Part shown: one piece after another, positions 1-11,539 of the stretch
Layout of the letters: every line of letters starts with the position of its first letter
How positions within the stretch are numbered: the first letter of the stretch is position 1
NCBI GenBank assembly: GCA_937896195.1
Contig: CALBNC010000081.1
Span: 5,218-69,217, forward strand
DNA from: an uncultured Gammaproteobacteria bacterium
GTDB taxonomy: Bacteria; Pseudomonadota; Gammaproteobacteria; PS1; Pseudothioglobaceae
Length of the DNA stretch: 64,000 nt
Direction: 5' to 3'
The notes under the pieces: generated by a model
What the model saw: only the letters and a program-made list of their open reading frames with translations
Told to the model about the DNA's origin: nothing
Databases searched by the model: none
Program-made: the position numbers and the translations under genes

Positions 1-2060
1 TTGATTTATTAAAGGTTGATTCTGAACAAAAAAAACCACTAACTCATCGCCTTAAGGCCATGGTTCGTGATGAGCAACTTAACTGTGATAATGATGGAAA
101 TTTTACAATTTTCGATCCAGCTGAAGGTATTAAAATCGGTACAGTAGTTGCAAACCCTAAAGGCTTTGGCTTTTTAAAGCTTGAAGAGGGCGGTAGAGAT
201 TTACGACTTAATTCAAGACAAATGCAGCTAGTTTTTCATGGAGACAAGGTTAAGGCTCGCTTAATCAGTAAACGTGGCGACGCTAAGATTGTTGAAGTCC
301 TGGAGAGTGTTAAGACTGTAGTAGCACGCCTTCATATCGATGAAGAGGGTAATGCTTATGCTATCGTTGATGACAAGCGTATCCGTAACAACATTAACAT
401 CCCTAAAATCAGTGACGACAACACAAACGAACAAATTGTTATTGTTGAGATCACTAAATCACCAACATTTAAAGCGCTAGCAGAAGGCAGAATTATTCAA
501 ATTTTGGGCTCATACATGGATGAAGGTGTTGAGACAGATGCAGCGCTTTATCGTAATGGTATTCCTGTTGAATTCTCAAAAGAAGCATTAGCACAAACTG
601 CAAAAATTCCAGCTGAAGTAACCAAGCAAGATAAAAAAGATCGTATTGATATTACCGATATGAAGCTTGTTACTATTGATGGCGAAGACTCTAAAGATTT
701 TGATGATGCAGTATTTGCAGAGTCAACAAACAATGGCTGGAGATTAGTTGTTGCTATTGCTGACGTTTCTCATTACGTAGAAGAGGGTACAGCACTAGAC
801 GATGATGCAATCGAGCGAGGTAATTCGGTTTACTTCCCGCGTCGTGTAGTACCAATGCTGCCTGAGGCTCTATCAAATGGCCTGTGTTCAATTAATCCAG
901 GTGTAGAGCGCCTTTGTATGGCTTGTGAGATGAACATTGATAAAGCAGGAAATTTGCTTGATTATAAATTCTACCCAGCAACCATGTTCTCTCATGCAAG
1001 ACTAACCTATACAAAGGTCAGTAAGATTTTAGAGGAAGATGACCAAGCATTAAAAACAGAATTTGAACCAGTATTAGAAAATTTAAACGACCTTTACGAC
1101 TTATACAAAGTGTTAAAGGCTGCTAGAACTAAACGTGGTGTAATGGATTTTGATCGTATTGAATCACAAATCCTTTTCAATGATGCTGGAAAAATTGACA
1201 ACATCATTGCCCTCTCAAGAAACGATGCACACAAACTTATTGAAGAATGCATGCTGATGGCTAACCAAGCTACCGCTAAATTCTTAGGTGAAAATGAAGA
1301 AGACTTCTTGTACCGAATTCATCCAAAACCAACGGCAGAAAAAGTAGAAGTGACTCGTCAATTCTTAACCGCTATTGGCCTTACATTAGAAGGTGGTGAT
1401 CAGCCAGATTCTAAACATTTTGCGAAAGTACTGGAAGATGCTAAAGGTAGAGACGATGAAAACATTATCAAAACCGTAGTCCTTAGAACCATGAAGCAAG
1501 CTGTATATACACCTGCTAACGAAGGACATTTTGGTTTGGCATTTGATGATTACACTCACTTTACATCACCAATTAGAAGATATCCTGACTTACTAGTGCA
1601 TCGCGCCATCAATCGTGTTCTTAAAAAGAAAAAGCCATCATTGATGAATCGTGTAGTTGGCAAGGTACTGGGTAATAAAAAGAAAGAGCCTTCTAAGAAA
1701 ATGATTGAACTGGGTGTAAGCTTATCAGTCACAGAAAGACGTGCTGATGAAGCTTCTCGCGATGTTGAGCAGTGGCTAAAGTGTGAGTATATGCGTGACA
1801 AGGTCGGCGATACTTTTAATGGTATTATTTCAGGTGTAGCAGGCTTTGGTATTTTTATCGAGCTAACAGATGTCTTTGTTGAAGGTATGATTGCAATGCG
1901 TGACATGAAAGATGACTACTACAATTTTGACGATGTTCATCATCAATTAAAAGGTGAGCGCACTGGTAAAGTGTTTCAGCTAGGTGATAAAATTAAAATC
2001 CAAATTGTTTCAGTTAACTTAGACGATAGACAAATGGTATTTGCTCCAGCTCAAGATTAA
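1..2060 (+). CDS. rnr: Ribonuclease R (5' end runs off the window)
   Basis: CSD/OB domains, RNB catalytic motif TIDGEDSKDFDDA, HFTSPIRRYPDL and C-terminal S1. The frame stays open upstream of the Met at 60 (...THRLKAMVRD), so the true start precedes position 1. Confidence 0.95.
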   Translation, partial: DLLKVDSEQKKPLTHRLKAMVRDEQLNCDNDGNFTIFDPAEGIKIGTVVANPKGFGFLKLEEGGRDLRLNSRQMQLVFHGDKVKARLISKRGDAKIVEVLESVKTVVARLHIDEEGNAYAIVDDKRIRNNINIPKISDDNTNEQIVIVEITKSPTFKALAEGRIIQILGSYMDEGVETDAALYRNGIPVEFSKEALAQTAKIPAEVTKQDKKDRIDITDMKLVTIDGEDSKDFDDAVFAESTNNGWRLVVAIADVSHYVEEGTALDDDAIERGNSVYFPRRVVPMLPEALSNGLCSINPGVERLCMACEMNIDKAGNLLDYKFYPATMFSHARLTYTKVSKILEEDDQALKTEFEPVLENLNDLYDLYKVLKAARTKRGVMDFDRIESQILFNDAGKIDNIIALSRNDAHKLIEECMLMANQATAKFLGENEEDFLYRIHPKPTAEKVEVTRQFLTAIGLTLEGGDQPDSKHFAKVLEDAKGRDDENIIKTVVLRTMKQAVYTPANEGHFGLAFDDYTHFTSPIRRYPDLLVHRAINRVLKKKKPSLMNRVVGKVLGNKKKEPSKKMIELGVSLSVTERRADEASRDVEQWLKCEYMRDKVGDTFNGIISGVAGFGIFIELTDVFVEGMIAMRDMKDDYYNFDDVHHQLKGERTGKVFQLGDKIKIQIVSVNLDDRQMVFAPAQD

Positions 2061-2089
2061 GTTTTTTAAGTTTAAACAGATAGAATAAG

Positions 2090-3424
2090 ATGAAAATATA
2101 CGCACCTTGGGAAAAAGCCTTTAAAAAGGTGTCAACACCTTTTGAGCACTTTATTCATGCCCAAACTACCACAGGCAAAATCTTAATGTTTATGACGGTG
2201 CTTGCGTTAATTCTAGCAAATACACCGCTAACAGAAAACTACGAACATTTTTTCCATACAAAAATTGATTTAAGTGTTGGCTCTTGGAAGTTATCCCACA
2301 GCCTGCATCATTGGATAAATGATGGCTTAATGGCTGTGTTCTTTTTTATTATCGGATTAGAGATAAAAAGGGAAATTTTAGTCGGAGAGCTTTCAAATAT
2401 AAAAGTTGCTATTTTGCCTATTATGGCAGCTATTGGTGGAATGATTTTCCCTGCATTGATCTATTTAGGTATTAATGCAAATGAGCCCAGCGCTATCGGG
2501 TGGGGCGTACCCATGGCGACAGATATTGCTTTTGCGATTAGTGTTTTAGTGCTCTTGGGTAAAAGAGTCTCTACTGCGTTAGTAACCTTTTTAGTGGCAC
2601 TTGCCATTGTAGATGATCTAGGCGCTGTGTTGGTGATTGCAATATTCTATACTGATCAAATTAATATACTACCTCTTGGCTTGTCTGGCGTAACTTTTTT
2701 AATGTTAATTATATTAAATCGTTTTGGTATTCATGCAATATTACCTTATTTTATTGTTGGCATTTTCATGTGGGTTTTTGTTCTAGAGTCAGGCGTACAT
2801 GCCACTATTGCAGGTGTTATTGCTGCCATGGCGGTACCTTCTAAACCTAAACAAACCTCGATAAATTTATCTAAAGATACTAAAAAATTATTAGATGACT
2901 ATGACAAGTATCCTGTTTGTAAAAATCACACATTAAACGAAGATCAAAAAGTCATTCTAGAAAAAATACAAGTTAGGATTGACTCGGTAAGCTCCCCAGC
3001 TACAAAACTGGAGCAAAAACTACATCTTCCTGTTGCTTTAATTGTTATCCCTTTATTTGCACTAGCTAATGCTGGTATTGCAATAGATTTCAACTCTATT
3101 GGTACTGTGATTATTGAGCCAATATCAATGGGGATTATTTTTGGTCTTATTCTAGGAAAGGTAATTGGAATATTTGGAGTTTCCTGGTTGGTTATTAAAC
3201 TAAAAATTGCGAAACTACCAGATCAAAGCAGCATGAGTCAAATTTTTGGCGTTGCACTTTTAGGAGGTATTGGCTTTACCATGTCTATCTTTATAGCAGA
3301 TCTTGCTTTTTTAGGATCTGCTGAATATATCTTTCAAGCTAAAGTTGGTGTTTTAACTGCCTCTTTATTGGCTGGATTATCTGGATTTTTATGGCTTAAG
3401 TACATAGCCAAAAAGCCTATCTAA
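2090..3424 (+). CDS. nhaA: Na+/H+ antiporter NhaA (long-loop type)
   Basis: Motifs WINDGLMAVFFF, GLEIKRE, PMATDIAF, LAIVDDL, GIGFTMSIFI; multi-TM. Confidence 0.93.
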   Translation: MKIYAPWEKAFKKVSTPFEHFIHAQTTTGKILMFMTVLALILANTPLTENYEHFFHTKIDLSVGSWKLSHSLHHWINDGLMAVFFFIIGLEIKREILVGELSNIKVAILPIMAAIGGMIFPALIYLGINANEPSAIGWGVPMATDIAFAISVLVLLGKRVSTALVTFLVALAIVDDLGAVLVIAIFYTDQINILPLGLSGVTFLMLIILNRFGIHAILPYFIVGIFMWVFVLESGVHATIAGVIAAMAVPSKPKQTSINLSKDTKKLLDDYDKYPVCKNHTLNEDQKVILEKIQVRIDSVSSPATKLEQKLHLPVALIVIPLFALANAGIAIDFNSIGTVIIEPISMGIIFGLILGKVIGIFGVSWLVIKLKIAKLPDQSSMSQIFGVALLGGIGFTMSIFIADLAFLGSAEYIFQAKVGVLTASLLAGLSGFLWLKYIAKKPI

Positions 3425-3431
3425 ATACAAT

Positions 3432-3472
3432 AAACTAAAAAAAAGGAGGCAAACGCCTCCTTTTTTTAGTTT
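3432..3472. terminator. Bidirectional intrinsic terminator between convergent nhaA and ilvD
   Basis: AAACTAAAAAAAAGGAGGC-AAAC-GCCTCCTTTTTTTAGTTT hairpin with A/T tracts on both sides. Confidence 0.9.
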
Positions 3473-3490
3473 TAACTTTTACTTTAAGAG

Positions 3491-5155
3491 TTAATCAGTC
3501 ACTGCACCTTCAGAAGCAGATTTAGCCAGTTTGGCGAATTTTGCCAAAACACCTTTAGTATAATTCGGCTTAGGCTGTACCCAGTGAGTTAAGCGCTCAT
3601 CAATAATTGATTGATCAACCAGTAGTTCTAATACGTTATTTTCAGCATCAATCAGAATCTCATCGCCATCTTCAACAACAGCAAGCACGCCGCCTTTAAA
3701 AGCTTCTGGAGTGATATGACCCACTACAAAGCCGTGCGTTCCGCCCGAGAAACGACCATCAGTAATGAGTGCCACTTTACCACCTAGGCCTTTACCCATA
3801 ACGGCAGAAGTAGGCGCAAGCATCTCACGCATGCCAGGGCCACCTGCAGGTCCTTCATAACGAATGACAATCACATCACCCGCCATAATTTCATCATTTA
3901 ATACAGCTGCAAGCGCTTCTTCTTCACGACCATAACATTTGGCCACCCCTTTAAAACTCAAACCCTCTTTACCTGTAATTTTTGCAACAGCACCATCTAC
4001 GGCCAAATTACCACGCAAAATACGAAGATGTGAATCTTTCTTAATCGGATTATCAAGTGATCTAATAATATCTTGAGAATCTGCATATGGTTTAACATCT
4101 TTAAGATTTTCAGCCATTGTTTGCCCAGTAACTGTCATACAGTCACCATGAAGCATACCAGCATCTAATAGCATTTTCATCAATGGTAACGTGCCACCAA
4201 TAGCAACCAGTTCACTCATCATGTATTGGCCAGATGGCTTAAGATCAGCAATAACTGGGACATTCGCACCAATACGCGTAAAGTCGTCAATATTTAAATC
4301 AACGCCAGCCGCATTTGCCATAGCGATTAAATGAAGTACGGCATTGGTAGAGCCACCCAAGGTAATAATAACTGTAATCGCATTCTCGAACGCTTTCATA
4401 GTCATGATATCATTTGGCTTAATGTCTTTTTCAAGTAAGTTTAATACCGCCACGCCAGCTTGAACACAATCATTATTCTTATCCGCTGAGATGGCATCTT
4501 GAGCCGAAGAGTTTGGCAAACTCATGCCTAGTGCTTCAATAGCAGATGCCATGGTATTAGCCGTGTACATACCGCCACAAGAGCCTGGACCTGGAATGGC
4601 TGTTTTTTCAATATTTTCAAGTTCAATTGCATTAATCTTATTACTGGCAAATTGACCTACCGCCTCAAAAACACTAACCACATCTGTGTGATTTTTACCT
4701 GGTTGAATCGTACCGCCATAAACAAAAATACCCGGACGGTTGAGCCTTGCTAAACCAATAATACAACCTGGCATATTTTTATCACAACCACCAATCGCAA
4801 CCACACCATCAAAACCCTGACAACCTACTACTGTTTCAATTGAATCAGCGATAACCTCACGAGATACTAAAGAGTATTTCATGCCCTCTGAGCCCATTGA
4901 AATACCGTCAGAAATAGTAATCGTGTTAAAGATAACACCTTTACCGCCAGCAGAATTAATGCCCTTCTCAGCTTCATCTGCTAATTTATTAATATGCATA
5001 TTACAAGGTGTAACCATTGACCAAGTTGAAGCAATGCCTACTTGAGGCTTACTAAAATCTTCTTTTTTAAAGCCTACTGGATAAAGCATTGCACGAGAAG
5101 CTGCTCTTTCATAGCCATCAACAACTTGAGAGGAATATTTTCTTGAGTTAGACAT
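3491..5155 (-). CDS. ilvD: Dihydroxy-acid dehydratase
   Basis: [45 protein letters not shown] motifs; start placed at MSNSRKYS (5155). Confidence 0.96.
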   Translation of the reverse strand: MSNSRKYSSQVVDGYERAASRAMLYPVGFKKEDFSKPQVGIASTWSMVTPCNMHINKLADEAEKGINSAGGKGVIFNTITISDGISMGSEGMKYSLVSREVIADSIETVVGCQGFDGVVAIGGCDKNMPGCIIGLARLNRPGIFVYGGTIQPGKNHTDVVSVFEAVGQFASNKINAIELENIEKTAIPGPGSCGGMYTANTMASAIEALGMSLPNSSAQDAISADKNNDCVQAGVAVLNLLEKDIKPNDIMTMKAFENAITVIITLGGSTNAVLHLIAMANAAGVDLNIDDFTRIGANVPVIADLKPSGQYMMSELVAIGGTLPLMKMLLDAGMLHGDCMTVTGQTMAENLKDVKPYADSQDIIRSLDNPIKKDSHLRILRGNLAVDGAVAKITGKEGLSFKGVAKCYGREEEALAAVLNDEIMAGDVIVIRYEGPAGGPGMREMLAPTSAVMGKGLGGKVALITDGRFSGGTHGFVVGHITPEAFKGGVLAVVEDGDEILIDAENNVLELLVDQSIIDERLTHWVQPKPNYTKGVLAKFAKLAKSASEGAVTD

Positions 5156-5232
5156 AATTGCTTTGTATTGATATAAAGCATTATATTTTAGATTAAAATA
5201 GTGCACTTCTATCAATGTTTTAATACAGTACT

Positions 5233-5658
5233 TTGGATAAATCTGAACAAATTTTGACTTTAATCAAGCCTTTTGTAGATCAAGGGAAAATTCTCCCTAG
5301 AAGTAAGGTGGAAATTGAAAAAAATATCAATGACTTCATCTTGCTATTTGACAACAATCAACTAGTTGCTTGCGCAGGTTTAAAAGATTGTCAAGAAGGC
5401 TCTACGGGTGAAATTTATTCTTTAGCGGTTGCTAAAAATTCTCAAAATTTAGGGCTTTCTACGCAACTCTTAGATAAGATATTAATGGAAGCTAAGAGGC
5501 GAAAATTTAGTAAAGTTTTCGCTCTAACAAAGTATGAAACTGATTGGTTTTTAAAGCATCACTTTACCCAAATGAAAATTTCTGATCTACCTAACAAGCG
5601 TCAAAAATATTTCAACCATGATCGAAACTCTTCTATCTTTTTTAAGGATATTGCTTAA
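5233..5658 (+). CDS. Stand-alone GNAT acetyltransferase resembling the ArgA acetyltransferase domain
   Basis: [34 protein letters not shown] match the ArgA-type GNAT C-terminal domain; no kinase-like domain; TTG start. Confidence 0.7.
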   Translation: MDKSEQILTLIKPFVDQGKILPRSKVEIEKNINDFILLFDNNQLVACAGLKDCQEGSTGEIYSLAVAKNSQNLGLSTQLLDKILMEAKRRKFSKVFALTKYETDWFLKHHFTQMKISDLPNKRQKYFNHDRNSSIFFKDIA

Positions 5659-6263
5659 TGCAAATCAAAGAACGTATTCGTGGGTATTTACCGGTTGTCA
5701 TTGATATTGAAACCGCTGGATTTAATTATCAAACAGATGCCATGTTAGAAATTTGTGCTGTGATTATTGGTATTGATGACAGTGGAAAACTATACCCAAA
5801 GGAGCCTCAACATTTTCACACGCATCCTTTTAAAGGGTCGAATCTTGAGCCGACAGCTTTAAAGTTTAATGGCATTGATGTTGGCAACCCTCTACGTGGC
5901 GCTATTGATGAAAAGCTAGCACTAAGTGATATGTTCCAAACGATATGCACCGAGATGAAAGACCAAAATTGCTCGCGTTCGATATTAGTAGGGCACAATG
6001 CATCTTTTGACTTAGGATTTTTGTATGCTTCAAGTGAAAGATCAAAGCTTAAAAACCCCTTTCATAAATTCTCTACCATTGATACCGTTAGCTTATCAGC
6101 ACTTACCTTTGGGGAGACGGTTCTGGCTAAAGCAATCGCGAAAGCTGGTATTGAATTTGACAACGCTCAAGCGCATTCTGCCTTGTACGATACAGTTAAA
6201 ACCGCTGAGTTATTTTGTCAGATCTTTAATGCTTTTGAATTTACACCGACACCAAAGAACTGA
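5658..6263 (+). CDS. rnt: Ribonuclease T (DEDDh exonuclease)
   Basis: RIRGYLPVVIDIETAGF, VGHNASFDLGF, AHSALYDT. Confidence 0.93.
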   Translation: MQIKERIRGYLPVVIDIETAGFNYQTDAMLEICAVIIGIDDSGKLYPKEPQHFHTHPFKGSNLEPTALKFNGIDVGNPLRGAIDEKLALSDMFQTICTEMKDQNCSRSILVGHNASFDLGFLYASSERSKLKNPFHKFSTIDTVSLSALTFGETVLAKAIAKAGIEFDNAQAHSALYDTVKTAELFCQIFNAFEFTPTPKN

Positions 6264-7147
6264 TTAAACACCGAGCGCTCTTTTTGTGCTTGATGGATAG
6301 CCATTAACTCAAATCTAACTTTTGCACCTGGTTGTTGTTGTGCCAACTGAGCTAAATCCAGTGAAAATACAGTGCCAATTTTTAAGTATCCGCCAATGGT
6401 TGGTGCATCTTTTAGTAAAATAATTGGCAATCCGTCGCTAGCGATTTCCACACTACCATAACACATACCTTCAGAGATCATTTTGTCTTTTTTGATGGCT
6501 ATGGGTGCGCCTTTTAGCCTACATCCCGTACGATCATTCGCATTGCTAATAGTATAAGTTTGACTAAAGAATAACGTTTTTTGAGCATCACTAAATTCTG
6601 AATATTGATAACTTGGCAATAATCTTAATACAACTTCTTGATGGTAATTAGGCATATATTTTGGCGCAATAAAATGATCTAACTGGCCAATTGATGCTTG
6701 GCATGTAATAATTTCATCTTGTGTTATTTTTGCACCAATGTGTTCACGTAAATTAACCGATCTGGAGTTGAAAAATTTTTGAGTTTCAAACCCACCTTTA
6801 ACTGCTAAATAAGCACGTATTCCGTGTTTAGGTAGATGCCAGCTAAGTCTATCACCTTTTTGAATTTGAATGCTATTCCAAATATCCACCGTTTGATGAT
6901 TAATTTTAAAATCAAGATCCGCACCGCAAACACAAATCAGCATATCATCGAGCGCTTCTAATTCAACACTGCCAAAGGTGATTTCCAGAGCGGCATCAAA
7001 ATAATGATTACCCAGTAAATAATTTCCCCAAGCATAGGCATGCTCATCCATTACCCCAGATTGAGCCAAACCCTGTTCACCATGAGTTAGACGACCATAA
7101 TCTTGAACCGTCGTTAAAAATCCTGGTTTGATAACTTTAAAGCTCAT
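6218..7147 (-). CDS. pxpC: 5-oxoprolinase subunit C (AHS2 / carboxyltransferase family)
   Basis: PGFLTTVQDYGR, SGVMD, RAYLAVKGG, DRTGCRL, DAPTIGGY. Confidence 0.88.
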   Translation of the reverse strand: MSFKVIKPGFLTTVQDYGRLTHGEQGLAQSGVMDEHAYAWGNYLLGNHYFDAALEITFGSVELEALDDMLICVCGADLDFKINHQTVDIWNSIQIQKGDRLSWHLPKHGIRAYLAVKGGFETQKFFNSRSVNLREHIGAKITQDEIITCQASIGQLDHFIAPKYMPNYHQEVVLRLLPSYQYSEFSDAQKTLFFSQTYTISNANDRTGCRLKGAPIAIKKDKMISEGMCYGSVEIASDGLPIILLKDAPTIGGYLKIGTVFSLDLAQLAQQQPGAKVRFELMAIHQAQKERSVFNQFFGVGVNSKALKI

Positions 7148-7827
7148 TCTCGTCCACCATAACGCATAAATTCATCACGGCTAATTGAGTAGAATCTAAC
7201 CTTGTCACCTATCTTAAATTTGTCTAGATTTTTAGGATCGTTAAGTGATAAGTCAAGTATTGTTCTGCCAACAATATTCCAGCCTCCTGATGAATCAATA
7301 GGGTAGACAGCTGTTTGTCTATCAGCGATGCCCACACTACCTGCTGGAATTTTGATTCTTGGTGTGGCTAGGCGAGGTGCTTGAATTTTCTCATCAACCT
7401 GGCCTAAAAATGCAAATACTGGGCTAAATCCAATGGCATAAACTTGGTAGGTTTGCGAAGTATGAATATGGATAAACTCATCTATTGTTAGTTCTTTTTC
7501 AGCCAGCAATTTTTCTAAATCAAGAGCTACTTCAAATCCATAATAAACGGGAATGTGTATCACCTTAGAAATTTGTTCAGCTTGTTCAAAGCTAAATTGT
7601 TCTAGCAATTCGCTAACTTGAGTCTTAAACTGCTGATAATTGGTTTTATTGAGATCGTAATTCACCAAAAGAGAAGTATAAGAGGGTGTTAAATTGACAA
7701 TTGACTCAGAAAAATGCTTTTTAAGCTGATTTGCAAAATTTGCGATATTTCTAGGAAGACTAGGATCGATCTTATTGCCAAAATAGATAAGAAGCGAGCT
7801 TTCCCCCGCAAGTATGATTTTATGCAT
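7144..7827 (-). CDS. pxpB: 5-oxoprolinase subunit B (AHS1/KipI family)
   Basis: PSYTSLLV, IPVYYG, GFSPVFAFLG, PRIKIPAGSVGIA, GGWNIVGRT. Confidence 0.88.
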   Translation of the reverse strand: MHKIILAGESSLLIYFGNKIDPSLPRNIANFANQLKKHFSESIVNLTPSYTSLLVNYDLNKTNYQQFKTQVSELLEQFSFEQAEQISKVIHIPVYYGFEVALDLEKLLAEKELTIDEFIHIHTSQTYQVYAIGFSPVFAFLGQVDEKIQAPRLATPRIKIPAGSVGIADRQTAVYPIDSSGGWNIVGRTILDLSLNDPKNLDKFKIGDKVRFYSISRDEFMRYGGRE

Positions 7828-8500
7828 TTTTAAGCTGTTTTAGAGCCTCTACAGAGGCTTTATTGTCACTATGAAAGCAAATGGTGTCAATTTTGAAAGA
7901 TTTCTCCTCTAAAAATTGATAATATTGATCAATAATAGCTTTTGGATCGGTTAAAACCGCACCTTTGTCCCCTCTAGGAATCATATGTATGCCTTGATAG
8001 CCTCGATCGGCATAAACTTCATGCAAAAATAAGCCATTTCCATTATTTCCGAAATTTTTAAAATAATCCTCATGACCAGCCTGAACCACCAAGGATAAAT
8101 TTTGATCAGTTTTATGAATCACATCACACATCACCTCTAAAACCAAAGGATTGTGAGTCATATCATGATACAAAGCACCATGTGGCTTGATGTATTTAAG
8201 AAGGGCGCCATGTTCGGTGCAAAACGTTTGAAAAGCAGTAATTTGCTGGTAAATTAAATCAAACAATGCAAAAGTACTTAGCGTTTGACTCACGCGACCA
8301 AAATTAGCAATATCTGCATAACTGGGATGTGCACCAATCTTGACGCCAAATTTTTTGGCAAGTTGAATGGTTTTTGTCATGCTGTTGTTATCACCCGCAT
8401 GACCGCCACAAGCAATGTTAGCCATGTTGATCAGTGGCATAACATCAGCATCAGGGTTGGGAGTTAAGCACTCTCCTAAATCGCAATTAATCATCAACAT
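7820..8500 (-). CDS. pxpA: 5-oxoprolinase subunit A (LamB/YcsF family)
   Basis: INCDLGE, ANIACGGHAGD, GAHPSY, KPHGALYH, EVYADRGY. Confidence 0.9.
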   Translation of the reverse strand: MLMINCDLGECLTPNPDADVMPLINMANIACGGHAGDNNSMTKTIQLAKKFGVKIGAHPSYADIANFGRVSQTLSTFALFDLIYQQITAFQTFCTEHGALLKYIKPHGALYHDMTHNPLVLEVMCDVIHKTDQNLSLVVQAGHEDYFKNFGNNGNGLFLHEVYADRGYQGIHMIPRGDKGAVLTDPKAIIDQYYQFLEEKSFKIDTICFHSDNKASVEALKQLKNA

Positions 8501-8736
8501 AGATGTAAATTATAAAGCAATCAAAACTATCTATTCTCAAGATAAAATCATTCTTATATTATAAAAAATAGATCGGGTGAATATGGCAGGACTAATTAGC
8601 TATATTGCTAGGGTGTTTTCTTATTACTGGTATCGTCGCCATAACCACTGAAGCGGCTATTATTTTAATCAAAAATACAAAATGGTTTAAGCTTAGGTAA
8701 AATCATTTAAATTTGTAATTTAACTCAACTAATTCT

Positions 8737-9387
8737 ATGAACCACATTAAACAAATGTTCGAACTACAGATGAAGCTCAATAACGCCACTAACGGAGAAA
8801 TTTGGACCGAAGGTGCCACTAAAGAAGGGCGCCCAATCTCATGGTTACGTTGTATCTATATGGAAGCTGCCGAAGCAATTGATTCCTTTAACTGGAAGCA
8901 TTGGAAAGATATTGAGTCAGAAAATGATATTGATAATGCTAAAGTTGAATTGGTTGATATTTGGCACTTTTTAATGTCTGAAGCGATTCATTATGGTGAT
9001 GCTAGTTTTGCTGAAATATACAATGATATGGTGCCTGAGCGCGACATAGATCCAGAAAAAATGGTGGAGATATTTGAAAAAATCGTAGCCATATCAGCTA
9101 GTGCCAACGTTGATAAATCTCAAAATTCTTTATACCAATTGTTCGCTTTGTTTTTCCAAGCATTGGGCAATATGGCCATGGACGTGCCAGAATTATATAA
9201 ACGCTATTTGGTTAAAAATCAGCTAAATACCTTTAGACAAGATCATGGCTATAAGGATGGCTCTTACGTGAAGATGTGGGGCGCAGTTGAGGATAATGTT
9301 GTTGCTTTTAATATCATGGAAGAAAGCCCTGAGCTAACGCCAGAACAACTCTACACACAATTAGAAGAAGCTTACGCTCAACTTTAA
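8737..9387 (+). CDS. Dimeric (all-alpha) dUTP diphosphatase
   Basis: EAAEAIDSFNWKHWK, ELVDIWHF, KNQLNTFRQDHGYKDGSYVK, EDN motifs of the Campylobacter/trypanosomatid-type dUTPase. Confidence 0.85.
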   Translation: MNHIKQMFELQMKLNNATNGEIWTEGATKEGRPISWLRCIYMEAAEAIDSFNWKHWKDIESENDIDNAKVELVDIWHFLMSEAIHYGDASFAEIYNDMVPERDIDPEKMVEIFEKIVAISASANVDKSQNSLYQLFALFFQALGNMAMDVPELYKRYLVKNQLNTFRQDHGYKDGSYVKMWGAVEDNVVAFNIMEESPELTPEQLYTQLEEAYAQL

Positions 9388-9396
9388 TTCATCATT

Positions 9397-10446
9397 ATGT
9401 CTGTCTCAAATATAAACAATGTAAAGCTTACTGAGTATAGTCATGGCCAAGGTTGTGGTTGCAAAATATCACCAAAGATTCTGGACGTAATTTTAGAATC
9501 ATCATTAACTGAGTTTAATGATCCAAAACTGCTGGTTGGTAATGCTTCTCGTGATGATGCAGCTGTTTATGATTTAGGCAATGGAGAGGGGATTATTAGT
9601 ACCACCGACTTCTTTATGCCAATTGTAGACGACCCATTTACCTTTGGAAGAATCGCTGCAACCAATGCTATTAGCGATATTTACGCAATGGGTGGCACCC
9701 CTTTGATGGCCATTGCTATTTTTGGCTGGCCCATCGACAAGCTTGCACCTGAAATAGGTCGACAAGTAATCGAAGGCGGGCGCAGTGTTTGCGCTGATGC
9801 AGGTATCTCTTTAGCAGGTGGACATAGTATTGATGCACCAGAGCCTATTTTTGGATTAGCCGTTACTGGTAGGGTTGCTATCAAACACCTTAAGGAAAAT
9901 TCAAAAGCGCAAGTGGGTGACAAAATCTATCTAACCAAGCCTTTGGGTATTGGTATTTTGACCACGGCGCAAAAACAAAAGAAAATTACCAAAGAGGATG
10001 AGTCTAGAGCCATTGATACCATGTGTGAACTTAATGATATTGGTGCTAAACTATCCAAAATCAACGGTATTAATGCGATTACTGATGTAACGGGATTTGG
10101 CCTAGGTGGGCATTTGGTTGAAGTTTGTCAAGGCTCTAAGGTATCTGCTATTATCGATTATCAAAAAGTACCAACTTTACCAAATATTCAACATTATCTA
10201 GCCAATGGTTGCTCTCCAGGTGGCGCTCAACGAAACTTCGACAGCTATGGACATCATTTAAGTCAAATGAGTGATCAGGTTCAATCAATAATTTGTGATC
10301 CACAAACTAGTGGCGGGCTGCTTATTATGGTTAATGACGAAGCGCAAGAGGAATTTCAAAATACCATGAATGCAGCTGGGTTTAAGCTTGAAGCTATTGG
10401 TGAAATTATTGCACACAACCAAACGACTGTAAAAATTAATGCCTAA
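9397..10446 (+). CDS. selD: Selenophosphate synthetase (Cys form)
   Basis: [52 protein letters not shown]. Confidence 0.96.
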   Translation: MSVSNINNVKLTEYSHGQGCGCKISPKILDVILESSLTEFNDPKLLVGNASRDDAAVYDLGNGEGIISTTDFFMPIVDDPFTFGRIAATNAISDIYAMGGTPLMAIAIFGWPIDKLAPEIGRQVIEGGRSVCADAGISLAGGHSIDAPEPIFGLAVTGRVAIKHLKENSKAQVGDKIYLTKPLGIGILTTAQKQKKITKEDESRAIDTMCELNDIGAKLSKINGINAITDVTGFGLGGHLVEVCQGSKVSAIIDYQKVPTLPNIQHYLANGCSPGGAQRNFDSYGHHLSQMSDQVQSIICDPQTSGGLLIMVNDEAQEEFQNTMNAAGFKLEAIGEIIAHNQTTVKINA

Positions 10447-11539
10447 TTCGCTGACTCAGATTGAAGATTTTCGCTCTCTAGTAGTTAACAACACCCCCAT
10501 GTTTGATACCCGTGCACCTATTGAATTTACACAAGGCGCCTTTCCACATACACAAAGCTTGCCACTCATGAGTGACCAAGAGCGGGAGCTTGTTGGTACT
10601 TGTTATAAGCACAAGGGTCAAGAAAAAGCCATCGAGCTAGGACATGAATTGGTTCAGGGTGAAGATAAACAGGCTAAAGTTACAGCTTGGTTAGAGTTTA
10701 TCCAGAAAAATCCTAATGGTGCGCTATATTGCTTTCGTGGGGGGTTGCGTAGTCAAATTACTCAACAATGGATTTATGAAGAATCAGGTATTGATTATCC
10801 ACGGCTAAAAGGTGGATACAAGGCGCTACGTCGATACTTAATTGACGAAACTGATCGAATCATGGACCAGGTGACACCGATTATTATTGGTGGACAAACA
10901 GGCTGTGGAAAAACCTTGCTACTTGACCATATTCAACAAATGATTGATCTAGAGGGTTTGGCTAATCACAGAGGATCTGCATTTGGCAATACAGCCACAG
11001 CTCAACCGACTCAAATTTCTTTTGAAAATGAACTGGCAATTAAGCTCATTAAACAGCAAGGTTGTTCACACTTGGTATTTGAAGATGAAGGTGCCAATGT
11101 AGGAACTGTACACATTCCTGATTGCGTAAAAAATAAAACTTCTCAAGCAGATTTAATATTACTTGATGCAACGATAGATGAGCGTATCCAAGTCAGTATG
11201 GATGCTTATGTGATTAATATGCATCAAAACTTCCTAACCCAAGATCAAGTTAATGGTTTTGATAATTTTGCTAAATATTGGCTAACAAGCCTTGAAAAAA
11301 TTCAAAAAAGACTAGGTCTTGAGCGATATAAAGTGATGAAATTACAAGTAGAGTCTGCGTTAACAAGCTATCAGAGTAGCAAAACTTTTGATGAATTTTT
11401 GCCTATTGTTGAGTCACTTTTGGTTGATTATTACGACCCTATGTATAACTATCAAATTCAAAAGAAATTAGACCGTGTTGTATTTAAAGGCAGTAGTACA
11501 GAGATTCTTGATTATTTGCGTGGCTTGTCAATTTCTTGA
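10439..11539 (+). CDS. selU: tRNA 2-selenouridine synthase
   Basis: Rhodanese domain ([17 protein letters not shown]) plus P-loop [22 protein letters not shown]; overlaps selD stop. Confidence 0.94.
   Translation: MPNSLTQIEDFRSLVVNNTPMFDTRAPIEFTQGAFPHTQSLPLMSDQERELVGTCYKHKGQEKAIELGHELVQGEDKQAKVTAWLEFIQKNPNGALYCFRGGLRSQITQQWIYEESGIDYPRLKGGYKALRRYLIDETDRIMDQVTPIIIGGQTGCGKTLLLDHIQQMIDLEGLANHRGSAFGNTATAQPTQISFENELAIKLIKQQGCSHLVFEDEGANVGTVHIPDCVKNKTSQADLILLDATIDERIQVSMDAYVINMHQNFLTQDQVNGFDNFAKYWLTSLEKIQKRLGLERYKVMKLQVESALTSYQSSKTFDEFLPIVESLLVDYYDPMYNYQIQKKLDRVVFKGSSTEILDYLRGLSIS

Noticed and set aside
6218-6263. 46-bp convergent overlap of rnt and pxpC (also a 12-bp selU/yfaE overlap)
   Set aside because: Common in compact AT-rich genomes; no sign of a dedicated antisense system
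8583-8700. Small ORFs between pxpA and the dUTPase (22 aa from ATG 8583; about 31 aa from TTG 8605)
   Set aside because: Weak RBS and no recognisable features; cannot be supported without conservation data
9397-9470. Selenocysteine in SelD
   Set aside because: The active-site codon is TGT (Cys); no in-frame TGA
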